From an uncultured Verrucomicrobiae bacterium (GTDB lineage: Bacteria > Verrucomicrobiota > Verrucomicrobiia > Limisphaerales > Palsa-1400), in the NCBI GenBank assembly GCA_963813995.1, contig CAWFAZ010000086.1, positions 71,973 to 135,972 on the forward strand: a DNA stretch of 64,000 nucleotides, read 5' to 3'. Shown one piece after another: positions 1 through 11,311 of the stretch. Position 1 is the stretch's first letter; every line of letters starts with the position of its first letter. The notes below the pieces were generated by a model. The model was not told the DNA's origin. It did not search any database and was given only the letters and a program-made list of their open reading frames with translations. A program made the translations under genes and the position numbers.

Positions 1-420
1 TTTGATGAATTGGGCCTGGAATGTTTCGTGCAGGGCACCGGCACGCCCCGTTCGCTCATGCTGCAAAAATTCAAGCAGGACGTCGATTCCGTGCTTTTTG
101 GCACGGACAGTTTCTGGCAGGGGGTGGACGTGCCCGGCGAATCGTTGTCCAACGTCATCATCACGCGGCTGCCCTTCGCGGTGCCGGACCATCCGCTGGT
201 CGAGGCGAAAATTGAAAGCATCGAAGCGCGCGGCGGCAATTCGTTCATGGAATACTCGTTGCCGGAAGCGGTCTTGAAGTTTCGCCAGGGCATCGGGCGC
301 CTGATCCGGACCAAAACCGATCAGGGGATCATCGTTGTGCTGGACAATCGCATCCTGACGAAAAGATACGGCCAGGCCTTTCTGGACTCCGCCCCCAAAT
401 GCCCGATGGAAGTGGTGTGA
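1..420 (+). CDS. DinG/Rad3-like ATP-dependent helicase, C-terminal fragment (5' end lies outside the window)
   Basis: The frame is open from the window edge. The translation [34 protein letters not shown]...[25 protein letters not shown] resembles the C-terminal helicase motifs of DinG-type SF2 helicases. Confidence 0.7.
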   Translation, partial: FDELGLECFVQGTGTPRSLMLQKFKQDVDSVLFGTDSFWQGVDVPGESLSNVIITRLPFAVPDHPLVEAKIESIEARGGNSFMEYSLPEAVLKFRQGIGRLIRTKTDQGIIVVLDNRILTKRYGQAFLDSAPKCPMEVV

Positions 421-500
421 ATCACCTCACAAAAACCTTGGCTCAATATACAACCGCCGGTTCGTTTATTGAAACACTATTTCTGCCTTGCGTTCATCCG

Positions 501-3131
501 CTATTGTGCCTGGAGACAGTAATAAGCCGCGGCGGCGGTGGGGGCCACGCTGACGGTCCAGAACTTATTGGATGGGACGGCGGCATTGGTCACAACAGTC
601 CAAACGGGTGTCGCAGTCAGGTTCGTGGTTTGGTAAAGAAGATAAGGGGCGGAGACCTGGGGCCACGTGATGGATAGCAGACTACCGGCGGGAATGATTT
701 GCAGCGTCGGCCGCAGCATGGAATCGTTGGAGACATAACCGGCCAGCCACGCGACCGCGGAATTCCAATAGACCCCCGGCTCGGTCTGGTCGGCGTCTTG
801 AGTATCGATGTGGCATTTCCATGGGTAGGTCACGACAGGCGTGGCGGAACCGTCGCAGTTGATGCTGGCTCCGGCGATACCGGGAGGTTGCTCGAGAAGA
901 TTGGTCCACCATTGGGAATAGAAGTCCGCGTTGTACTGGTAGTTTTGTCCGTAACCGCTGGGAAAAACACGACTGACAGGGTTGCGTCCGCAAATGTAGT
1001 GCAAGGCCTGGGCGGCGGCCGTGTGGTAAGCGACGTTGCCGGTCCATTGCCAGGCGCGGGCCAGAACCATGCCGGAAGGGGCCACGACGCCGCCGGTGGA
1101 GCCCCAGTAGAGATGTCCGGGATAAAGCATCGGGATGCGATAGTCGGAACAGGCGGTGTAGTTGGTGAGGCAGTTGGCTTGATTCAGAAAGGCATTTTTC
1201 AAGATGGTCTGAATGTTGGTGTTCACGCCCGCGTTGGTGCAGCAGGCGTAATCCATGAAGGCCAAATTCAAAGGACCGGCACTGCTAAGGTAGGTGATGA
1301 CGTTGTCGCTGCCCCAACCGGTTTGGTCCGCGCCAAAGACGGGGCCGTTCAAAGTCGCGTCGCCATTCGCGTTGAATTGCGAGATGAAATAGTTGTTGTA
1401 AACGGCCTGCCCTGTCGCGATGAACAGTTCCACGGCGGCGTAGGCGCGGCATTGGTTGTCGAAGTTGGAGCCACCCCATGAAGTGTCCCACCCGCCCCCA
1501 TCCACGCCACTGACAAGGGGAAGGCGCGGCTGCATCATGTTGGTGTTAGCCTGCAGCCAGGACCACTCCAATAGGGCGTTGGAAAGGAGGACGCCGCTTT
1601 GGGCGGGCGTGAGCGACGGCCCCAAAATCGTGCAAGCTTTGGCGAATGTCCCGGCAGCGCAGGCAGTGGCCATGGAACTGATGTCCGATACCTGCTCCTT
1701 GTTGTTGTTCGACTGGACCCTGATATAATGGCATTCGCTGCCGTTGTTGGTGGCCTGCATCAGTCCGAGCCAGTTAAGCGCATTGTAAATGAGCGGGACG
1801 AGGTCGCTTTGGCCGGCGGTGGATTCGGGAAGATCGAGCGAATAGGCTGGCACGTTGGTCCCGAAGTCTTTGGCGGTTTCCAGCAGGAACCAGCAGGCGG
1901 TGGCGGTATTGGGGACATCGACATGGGTGTCGCCGGCGTCGAACCAGCAACCGCCGGCATTGCGGTTGGTTTTGGTCCCGAAATTGAAATGGCCGTTGGC
2001 CGCAGCGTAGTTGTAACCGGCGTTGGTGGCTTCGGGATGACAGGCGACGCGGGTATAACTTTCGGCATACGGGTTGGTGATGGCCACAGTGGCGCGTTGG
2101 TAGTAAAAGTAGCGCAGGGTGTCGCGAAAGAGCTTTTGATAAACATTTGTCGCAATAACAAACTGCGGCGAGCTGACGCCCAATTCCGGCAGTTGCAGGG
2201 TGTAGGTTCCGGGAGTCTGCAATGCGCCGAAGTCCGCCTGATAATCCACATCTCCGTCCACGTCAAACCCGCCAGCCTGCCAAATGCTGAGCGGGACGAA
2301 TTCTGTGATCGGCCCGGTCAGCACAGTCTGGCCGTTCGTGTTGACGATGTTGAAATTGGTCGGCGGAGTTGTAATCGCGCCGGGTTCCCAACTGATCACC
2401 CCTATTTTGGAAGGTTCCAACGGCGGATAACCGAGTTGATCGACCTTGGCGAATTCACTGTAGTTGGTTTGGGAGTTGGAAGGCACAACATCCATGGCGG
2501 AGATGTAGAGGATGCAATGATCCTTGTAAGTCTTCCCGGATATGGATGCCAGCTCAACTTGCCAGACGTGGGTAAGATCAATCGTTGATTTGGCGGCTAT
2601 AAAGTCAGAGCCGGGGATATAAACGTCCTGCCATCCATTGGTGGAGGCGGTGACGTAGCTGTTTAGCAGGACAGTCGATGTCTCGGCGCCGGCGGTGTTC
2701 CCGTTCGTCGTGTTCCCGGTGTTCCCGCTGATCTCCACATCCATGTTCCAGTTGCCGTTGGTTGGAATATGGCCCCACAGAAGGCACAGGTGAAGGGCTG
2801 GATTGGCCCCGGTGCGAAGCCAGTTGAGCGGATTGAGGCTGATTTTGAAGACAACATTCCAGGAACCGGAAGAATCGACAGAGTTGATGACCATTGCGGA
2901 CACGCCATTTACACTGGTGACAGGGAGGGCGCTGCTGACGTTGGAAACGGTCGCTGAACCGCTTGTAGAAACGGCGGAAAGCCACGTCGGATTGCCCCAA
3001 CTGGTCGGGTCCTGATAAGGGTTGAAGTAACGGACGGAGTGCAGCGGAAGTTCGGCTCTCCCCGGGAAAGTCAGCAGTCCTGCCAGCAATCCAATGGCAA
3101 ATAGTTGGATCGATAAAGATTTCCTGCTCAT
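501..3131 (-). CDS. Secreted glycoside hydrolase family 9 (endoglucanase-like) with N-terminal non-catalytic domains
   Basis: 876-aa ORF with a signal-peptide-like N-terminus (LSIQLFAIGLLAGLLTFPGRA). GH9-like blocks are present: GGCWFDAGDTHVDVPNTA, YICGRNPVSRVFPSGYGQNY and TEPGVYWNSAVAWLAGYV. Confidence 0.75.
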   Translation of the reverse strand: MSRKSLSIQLFAIGLLAGLLTFPGRAELPLHSVRYFNPYQDPTSWGNPTWLSAVSTSGSATVSNVSSALPVTSVNGVSAMVINSVDSSGSWNVVFKISLNPLNWLRTGANPALHLCLLWGHIPTNGNWNMDVEISGNTGNTTNGNTAGAETSTVLLNSYVTASTNGWQDVYIPGSDFIAAKSTIDLTHVWQVELASISGKTYKDHCILYISAMDVVPSNSQTNYSEFAKVDQLGYPPLEPSKIGVISWEPGAITTPPTNFNIVNTNGQTVLTGPITEFVPLSIWQAGGFDVDGDVDYQADFGALQTPGTYTLQLPELGVSSPQFVIATNVYQKLFRDTLRYFYYQRATVAITNPYAESYTRVACHPEATNAGYNYAAANGHFNFGTKTNRNAGGCWFDAGDTHVDVPNTATACWFLLETAKDFGTNVPAYSLDLPESTAGQSDLVPLIYNALNWLGLMQATNNGSECHYIRVQSNNNKEQVSDISSMATACAAGTFAKACTILGPSLTPAQSGVLLSNALLEWSWLQANTNMMQPRLPLVSGVDGGGWDTSWGGSNFDNQCRAYAAVELFIATGQAVYNNYFISQFNANGDATLNGPVFGADQTGWGSDNVITYLSSAGPLNLAFMDYACCTNAGVNTNIQTILKNAFLNQANCLTNYTACSDYRIPMLYPGHLYWGSTGGVVAPSGMVLARAWQWTGNVAYHTAAAQALHYICGRNPVSRVFPSGYGQNYQYNADFYSQWWTNLLEQPPGIAGASINCDGSATPVVTYPWKCHIDTQDADQTEPGVYWNSAVAWLAGYVSNDSMLRPTLQIIPAGSLLSITWPQVSAPYLLYQTTNLTATPVWTVVTNAAVPSNKFWTVSVAPTAAAAYYCLQAQ

Positions 3132-3423
3132 AAACGGGTCCCATATAATCGCCTGTCAATTGCCATGCTGCAACTGCCGCGCCAGCGCGGTAATGGGCTG
3201 CTTTGAAGTCCTTTGAAGGAACGGAAGCTAAAGAACCTGACCATACCCCGGCATGTTACATAACCGTTGAAAAGTTGTAAAGCAAAATCATGGAATATTC
3301 AAGGCAGCCGGCCACCGCCAGCGCCACTCTGCCTTGAACCCCTCTGCGCAGGCCCGCCAGGTCCTGTTTCTTTCCGCCTCGCCGCTCGAGTTCCCCGGTG
3401 TTTCCACTTTTTTGGACGCGGGC

Positions 3424-6174
<2,751 letters not shown>

Positions 6175-6296
6175 AAAAATTGATCCTTGTAGTCTCGCGG
6201 GTTTGGCGAGTTCCTAACGGCTGGACTCTATCAAATGCCGGGGCAGAGTCAATTGCCGTTTGTTGTTAATAATTGGCCAAAAATTGCGACTCGACC

Positions 6297-7190
6297 ATGC
6301 AAAAAACATTGCCAATCGCCCTTTATCGCTGCCTGTGGGCCGTGCTGATTCTGACTGCGTGCCACAAACAGTCCGTCCCCGCGCCAACGCCGGAACAAAC
6401 TTTCGTCGTCAACGGCCTGGTCAGGGAATTGGAGCCGGACGGCAAAACGGTCGTCATCCGGCACGAGGCCGTCTCCAATTACATGGCCGCCATGACCATG
6501 CCCTTCGAAGTCCGCGACCCGAAAGAGTTGCGCGGATTGAAACCCGGCGATGCCATTTCCTTTCGCCTCATCGTCACCAGCAAGGAAGGCTGGATTGAAG
6601 GCATCACCCAACGCCAAAAATCCCCGGAAACATCGCCCGCCCCGCCGGCCGTGCAAATTTCCCGCGCCGTCGAGCCGTTGGACGAGGGGGATTTGCTGCC
6701 CGACTGCCATTTTACCAACGAGTTGGGGCAAGCCGTCAGCCTGGGCCGGTACAAAGGCGGGGTGCTCGCCTTCACATTCTTCTTTACAAGCTGTCCCTTC
6801 CCGGATTTTTGCCCGCGCCTGGCCGGCAATTTTGCCGAAGCCGCCGCGCAACTCCGTCAAATGCCGGGCGCGCCGGCCCGGTGGCATTTGCTTTCCATTT
6901 CATTCGATCCCAAAAACGACACGCCGCAACGCCTGCTAAGCTACGCCAAAAGCGCGCGTTACGATCCCGGCCACTGGAGTTTTCTCACCGGCGATCCGGT
7001 CCAGATCAGCGAGTTGGCCGATCAATTTGGCGAGATTTTTTGGGCTGAAAACGGCGGCATCAGCCACAATCTTCGCACCGTGGTTGTGGATGCGCGCGGG
7101 CGGGTGCGAAAGATATTCCAGGGCAACAAATGGACCAGCGCCGAATTGGTCCGGGAAATGATCAATGCTGAATTAAGAAGTAAGAATTAA
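6297..7190 (+). CDS. SCO1/SenC-family copper chaperone fused to an N-terminal CusF-like copper-binding domain; probable lipoprotein
   Basis: Thioredoxin-fold CxxxC motif FTFFFTSCPFPDFCP. The N-terminal half has HEAVSNYMAAMTMPFEV...LKPGDAISFRL, a CusF-like pattern. LILTAC is lipobox-like. The ATG at 6297 is preferred over the TTG at 6273. Confidence 0.8.
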   Translation: MQKTLPIALYRCLWAVLILTACHKQSVPAPTPEQTFVVNGLVRELEPDGKTVVIRHEAVSNYMAAMTMPFEVRDPKELRGLKPGDAISFRLIVTSKEGWIEGITQRQKSPETSPAPPAVQISRAVEPLDEGDLLPDCHFTNELGQAVSLGRYKGGVLAFTFFFTSCPFPDFCPRLAGNFAEAAAQLRQMPGAPARWHLLSISFDPKNDTPQRLLSYAKSARYDPGHWSFLTGDPVQISELADQFGEIFWAENGGISHNLRTVVVDARGRVRKIFQGNKWTSAELVREMINAELRSKN

Positions 7191-7265
7191 GAAATCAGGA
7201 AATCGGTGGGGTGAGACTCCGTCGAACCCTGACTTTTTCTTCACTTCTTAATTCTTACTTCTTAA
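7173..7265. terminator. Perfect 21-bp inverted repeat between convergent genes (possible bidirectional terminator)
   Basis: TTAAGAAGTAAGAATTAAGAA (7173-7193) and its exact reverse complement TTCTTAATTCTTACTTCTTAA (7245-7265). The arms overlap the last codons and stops of the SCO gene and the SOD gene. Confidence 0.5.
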
Positions 7266-8004
7266 ATCTCTCCGCGACGTAATCCCAATTGATGACGTTG
7301 AACCAGGCGGCAATGTAATCGGGCCGGCGATTCTGATACTTCAAATAATACGCGTGCTCCCAAACGTCCAGGCCGAGCAAAGGTTGTTGGCCTGCGCTGA
7401 CGGGCGAGTCCTGATTCGGAGTGGCTTCGATTTTTAAATCGCCGCCGTCCGCAACAAGCCAGGCCCAGCCGCTGCCAAACTGGCCCGCCGCCGCCTTCGC
7501 AAATTGGGTTTTGAACTCAGCGAAGCTGCCGAACTTTTTGTCAATCGCCTTGGACAGTTCACCGACGGGTTCGCCGCCGCCGTTCTTTTTCATCATTTGC
7601 CAGAACATTGAATGGTTGTAATGGCCGCCGCCCTGATTGCGCACGGCGGCGCGAATTTTCTCAGGAACGGCGTTTAAGTCCTTGAGCAAATCCTCAACGG
7701 GCTTCTTTCCGAGATCAGGAAACTCGGCAACAGCCTTGTTCAGATTCGTCACATAAGCGGCATGATGTTTGTCGTGATGAATTTGCATCGTCCGGGCGTC
7801 AATATGCGGTTCAAGGGCATCGAACGCATAAGGCAGCGGCGGCAGAATGTAGGGGCCGCCGGAGGCGCTTGTGACGGCCGGGGCTTGAGCCGGTTGGGCG
7901 TCGGCCATGCGCAGGGGTGACGCGGCCGCATAAGCCACCGAGGCCAGCGCGGTTGTTTTCAGAGCCTGTCTTCGAGTCATCATAAGAATTCCTTTCGTTT
8001 GCAT
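7255..8004 (-). CDS. Fe/Mn superoxide dismutase with twin-arginine (Tat) signal peptide
   Basis: Fe/Mn-SOD motifs are present: [25 protein letters not shown] and [18 protein letters not shown]. The N-terminus [21 protein letters not shown] is Tat-like. The start is ATG 8004 or 7983; the ORF-track extension to 8142 is judged spurious. Confidence 0.9.
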   Translation of the reverse strand: MQTKGILMMTRRQALKTTALASVAYAAASPLRMADAQPAQAPAVTSASGGPYILPPLPYAFDALEPHIDARTMQIHHDKHHAAYVTNLNKAVAEFPDLGKKPVEDLLKDLNAVPEKIRAAVRNQGGGHYNHSMFWQMMKKNGGGEPVGELSKAIDKKFGSFAEFKTQFAKAAAGQFGSGWAWLVADGGDLKIEATPNQDSPVSAGQQPLLGLDVWEHAYYLKYQNRRPDYIAAWFNVINWDYVAERFKK

Positions 8005-8138
8005 TACTTTACCGGATTTCAATCCAGGCGCAACAGAATCTGGCGGCAGGCGCCCGAACGGGGGTGTGAGAAAAATTCTTCGCAATCCCATTCTTGCGGG
8101 AGAGATGTATATGCGGCCCAATAGACTCCTTTTGACTC

Positions 8139-8942
8139 TCATTTCTTAAACGGATTATCTGGATCACCGAGAAACTTCGCAACAGATCGCTTGATCTTTC
8201 CGGCTGCTCGCTTGATGTCATTCGTGAGCAGCCCGGCATTCACACGAAGTTTATCGTAGTCCTTCACAAACTGATACACTCCACCTGAGAGCGCGGTCAC
8301 GACAATCTTAAATGCCAGCGACCCGGATCGTATCTCTTCACACTCGACGCGGACGCCATTTGAGCCAAAACGAAAATCCGCCAGCGGTTGAATCAATCGC
8401 GCCAGTTCGATTTGCAGTCGATTGGCATACTCGGTTGGAAGTTTTCCGGGAGGGCCAAGTTGTATTTCAGGAAAATCCGCGTTGATTTCTGCCGAGAACC
8501 CTCCGGCAGCCTGCGCTCTGGGCGTGACGCCCGCCAAAGTCACGACACATTTTCGCGCGTAAATCGTGTCCGTATTTTCCTGCCAAAGAAGCGCCAATGT
8601 TTCCACCCACTTCAACAACGCCGCTTTTGTCTCATCGGGATTCGTCAGCGGCTTTTCTTGATGCGCAACTCGTGTGTTGCGAAAATCGTTGACGCTCTTG
8701 ATCGCTTCAAAAATGGCCCGCGCACCGGGCAATCGCAGTTCATCGCGAACGGCTTCGAATACTCCAGTCAACGCCGTCGAATCGTTCAGGGCATAGTCAT
8801 AACAGTTGCGCAACAACCCCAGCGGCGACACGCCAGTTTGATATACCAGCGTTTTTCGGAGGTTTCCGCTGAAAAGGGGATCCACCGTCGCCGCCGCATC
8901 CATTTCAATGCAGCAGTTCCACCAGACCCGGTTCTTCCGCAT
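8139..8942 (-). CDS. Hypothetical protein, third gene of the higB/higA-like locus; possible HEPN-like Rx4-6H motif
   Basis: 267-aa ORF. Its ATG (8940-8942) lies 3 nt after the antitoxin stop (TGA 8946-8948). It contains [10 protein letters not shown] (R-x5-H) within a helical-looking N-terminal region. I recognise no other motif. Confidence 0.5.
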   Translation of the reverse strand: MRKNRVWWNCCIEMDAAATVDPLFSGNLRKTLVYQTGVSPLGLLRNCYDYALNDSTALTGVFEAVRDELRLPGARAIFEAIKSVNDFRNTRVAHQEKPLTNPDETKAALLKWVETLALLWQENTDTIYARKCVVTLAGVTPRAQAAGGFSAEINADFPEIQLGPPGKLPTEYANRLQIELARLIQPLADFRFGSNGVRVECEEIRSGSLAFKIVVTALSGGVYQFVKDYDKLRVNAGLLTNDIKRAAGKIKRSVAKFLGDPDNPFKK

Positions 8943-8945
8943 GGC

Positions 8946-9233
8946 TCAAGCCTGGGTAAAACGCACTTTCAACCCCAGGGAAGACAAAACGGCGTTGAGG
9001 CTCGAAAGACGCGGATTTCCACGACGCGATAGCAGACGATAAAGGCTTTCCCGGTTCAGGTGGCTGGATTTCGCGGCCCGGCCAATTCCACCTTGAGCTT
9101 CAACAACGTCGCGCAGACCCAACAGGAAAACATCAGGACCTTCTTCAAAACAAGCGGTCAGATATTTCGCGGCTTGTTCCGAGTCCTGAAGACGCGGCTT
9201 GAGGATTTCTTCAAATTTCACGGCATTTTTCAT
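8946..9233 (-). CDS. higA: HigA-family addiction-module antidote protein (HTH antitoxin)
   Basis: From ATG 9233: MKNAVKFEEILKPRLQDSEQAAKYLTACFEEGPDVFLLGLRDVVEAQGGIGRAAKSSHLNRESLYRLLSRRGNPRLSSLNAVLSSLGLKVRF. This matches the antidote-protein family pattern (..ReslYr.Ls..gnPrlsTl..vl.aLGl..). Confidence 0.8.
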   Translation of the reverse strand: MKNAVKFEEILKPRLQDSEQAAKYLTACFEEGPDVFLLGLRDVVEAQGGIGRAAKSSHLNRESLYRLLSRRGNPRLSSLNAVLSSLGLKVRFTQA

Positions 9234-9237
9234 ATTC

Positions 9238-9570
9238 TTACTCTCGTTGCTTATAGTCGTGCCAGTATTGTTTGGCGCGCTGAATATCCTTTTCCTGTGT
9301 GCGCTTATCCCCGCCACACAGCAGGATCACCAGCGTCTGACCTTTCTGGGCGAAATACACCCGATACCCCGGACCGTAATCCACGCGCAATTCGGACACC
9401 CCTTCGCCTACGCTCTTGCAGTCGCCCAAATTCCCCCGCCGAACCCGGGCCAGACGGGCGAGCACGCGCGCCACAATGTTTTGATCATCCAGTTCGTCCA
9501 GCTACTCGTTAAAAGGGGTTCGCCCTTCACGCGTTCGATAGGCCAGCAACTCTTTTGGTGTGATCAGCAC
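9238..9570 (-). pseudogene. higB: HigB/RelE-type addiction-module killer gene interrupted by an in-frame TAG
   Basis: The minus-strand reading from GTG 9568-9570 gives VLITPKELLAYRTREGRTPFNE*LDELDDQNIVARVLARLARVRRGNLGDCKSVGEGVSELRVDYGPGYRVYFAQKGQTLVILLCGGDKRTQEKDIQRAKQYW. The stop (TAG, 9502-9504) sits where this family has a conserved Trp (..PF.eWl..L), consistent with TGG to TAG. Confidence 0.7.
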
Positions 9571-9886
9571 CGGGGCAATGTAGTGTAAAAGCTACAGCGG
9601 GTCAATCTTTTTTTTGCCGCTGCCTTTCATCCGCAAAACTTTTTGACAGCGGTTGATCGAGCGTTGCCAGACTGAATCCATGTTGCCTGGCCTCTGCCAA
9701 ACATTCCTGCCATCTGGATTATTTCCCGCAGAACGCAAAGCACGGGAAAAAAGGCCTTTGCCCGCTGAACACGCAGATGGACGCAGATGAAGAATTCTCA
9801 TTCCATATCTGCGTTAATCGGCGTGATCTGCGGGCAAGTCCGGATTCGGTTGCGGCTGGCCGCGCTGGGGTCTTTGTGGCAAAATG

Positions 9887-10098
9887 ATTTCGTGGTTTAC
9901 CCGGTTTTCCATAATCTTTCCGGGCACCCCGAAGAAGGCAGAAGGAAGAAGGCAGAATTAAGCGTAGCGGCGGCTCGGCAGAGCGCCGCACTCACCGGCT
10001 GTCTGCCGACAGCCGCTACGCGCTTCGACTTTTGGCTGTTTTTCAGATTTCTTACTTCTTAAATCGAAATTCTTTTCGGAATCCGTGGTCAAATTCTT
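9887..10098. repeat. Intergenic repeat family, copy A (two conserved blocks split by a 154-nt insert containing an imperfect hairpin)
   Basis: Block 1 at 9887-9926 matches 41659-41698 at 35/40 positions. Block 2 at 10081-10098 (ATCCGTGGTCAAATTCTT) is identical to 41716-41733. The insert carries an imperfect inverted repeat of about 21 bp at 9961-10024. Confidence 0.7.
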
Positions 10099-10463
10099 CA
10101 AAGACATTTCTGCTTTAAATTTTCCCGATTTCAGCGTTTTTGTAAAGGCCAACGTGTCAACAAGAAATAATGTCAAGAAAAAACAGCGCAAGTCGCAAAC
10201 ATCACAAGATAAAGCAGTTGCAACAAATCAAAACAGCCGTCAGACATCAGGGAAAAACCAAAACCGCGAATATTTCACTGTTTTTTTGGGCGGGTTTTCC
10301 TGGGAATTTCAAAGATGGACTTCGGATTTTTCCCGGCGCTTCAAAAAGAAAGGCAAAACCCGCGAAGAATTTTATCCCACACCCCCGAACGGGCGCAAAC
10401 CGGTTTTAGTTGGCCTTTTCCGGTTCCTGATCCTAATCTTGATCCCAATCCTGATCTTAACAG

Positions 10464-11294
10464 TTGACTCTAATCAATTTCATTTTGAATATTGTCGGAT
10501 TGCTGCTCTGGCTGAATTGGCGGGCCGCCGAGTTGCCTGTCGGGGGCCGGCCCGGAACGTCGCTCCTTTCGACCCTTCGTCCCGCCGGGCCGCCGCGGCC
10601 GCGCTATTATTATTGGGCGGGTTTGCCGGTCCTGCTGGCGGCGCGGGCGGTCTTTTATTGGCAGGCGGGCCAGCCGGTTCATTGGAGCCCGCGGATTTTT
10701 CTCGGTCCAACCACCTTGTCGTTTCGCAGCGATTTGCCGGGGCGCATGATCCTGTTTTCAGTGTTGAGTTTCGGCGTGGCCCTGGGGTTTTTTTATCTCT
10801 GGCTCCTCTTGCTCTCGTGGGTCAATGCACAGGTTCCCGACGCCGACCCGGTCCAGCGTCTGGTGCGCGTCTGGCTCGGCAGGCTGGAACGATGGCCGGG
10901 CGCAATCAAGTTGCTCCTGCCGCTGGCTGTCACCGCGCTGGCCTGGTGTCTGCTCCATCCGCTGCTGGCCCGGCTCAACATGGTGCCCGCCAACGCCCCG
11001 GGGCGCTTGCTGGCCCAGGGGGCGGTCATCGGGCTGGCGGGTTATCTGACGCTCAAGCACTTGGTCATCGCTCTTTTGATTTTGTACCTGCTCAACAGCT
11101 ACGTCTATCTGGGTGAATTCGCCTTGTGGAATTTTGTCGATGCGACGACGCGGCGGCTTTTGCGCCCGTTGCAAAGGCTGCCCCTCCGCGTGGGGAAAAT
11201 TGATTTTGCCCCGGTTCTCTCCATTATTCTGATTATGCTGGCGGCCGAATTCGCCCAGCGCGGATTGACCCATCTCTATCAGAAAATGCTTTAA
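10464..11294 (+). CDS. YggT-like integral membrane protein (extended form)
   Basis: 276-aa hydrophobic ORF with a TTG start. The C-terminal block TTRRLLRPLQRLPLRVGKIDFAPVLSIILIML resembles the YggT signature (..TeP.LrPiRr.iP..ggiDfSPl..). Confidence 0.55.
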   Translation: MTLINFILNIVGLLLWLNWRAAELPVGGRPGTSLLSTLRPAGPPRPRYYYWAGLPVLLAARAVFYWQAGQPVHWSPRIFLGPTTLSFRSDLPGRMILFSVLSFGVALGFFYLWLLLLSWVNAQVPDADPVQRLVRVWLGRLERWPGAIKLLLPLAVTALAWCLLHPLLARLNMVPANAPGRLLAQGAVIGLAGYLTLKHLVIALLILYLLNSYVYLGEFALWNFVDATTRRLLRPLQRLPLRVGKIDFAPVLSIILIMLAAEFAQRGLTHLYQKML

Positions 11295-11311
11295 CGCCCC
11301 TCGCCGATTCG

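Noticed and set aside
9502-9504. Possibility that the in-frame TAG in higB is decoded (suppression or recoding) rather than a nonsense mutation
   Set aside because: TAG is used as an ordinary terminator by neighbouring confident genes (for example the DUF488 gene at 38271-38273 and hsdR at 34866-34868). No recoding signal is evident, so a nonsense mutation or a sequencing error is the simpler explanation.
10423-10460. Short tandem repeats here and the REP-like pairs at 50294-50364 considered as CRISPR arrays
   Set aside because: The repeat units are 12-24 nt with only two or three copies. They lack spacers of uniform length, and there are no cas genes anywhere in the window.
10085-11116. 343-aa ORF overlapping the YggT-like gene in another frame
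   Set aside because: The first third lies in an A-rich non-coding region and the rest is an Ala/Gly/Arg/Pro-rich shadow of the membrane-protein frame. The hydrophobic frame with the YggT-like C-terminal block is the more plausible gene.
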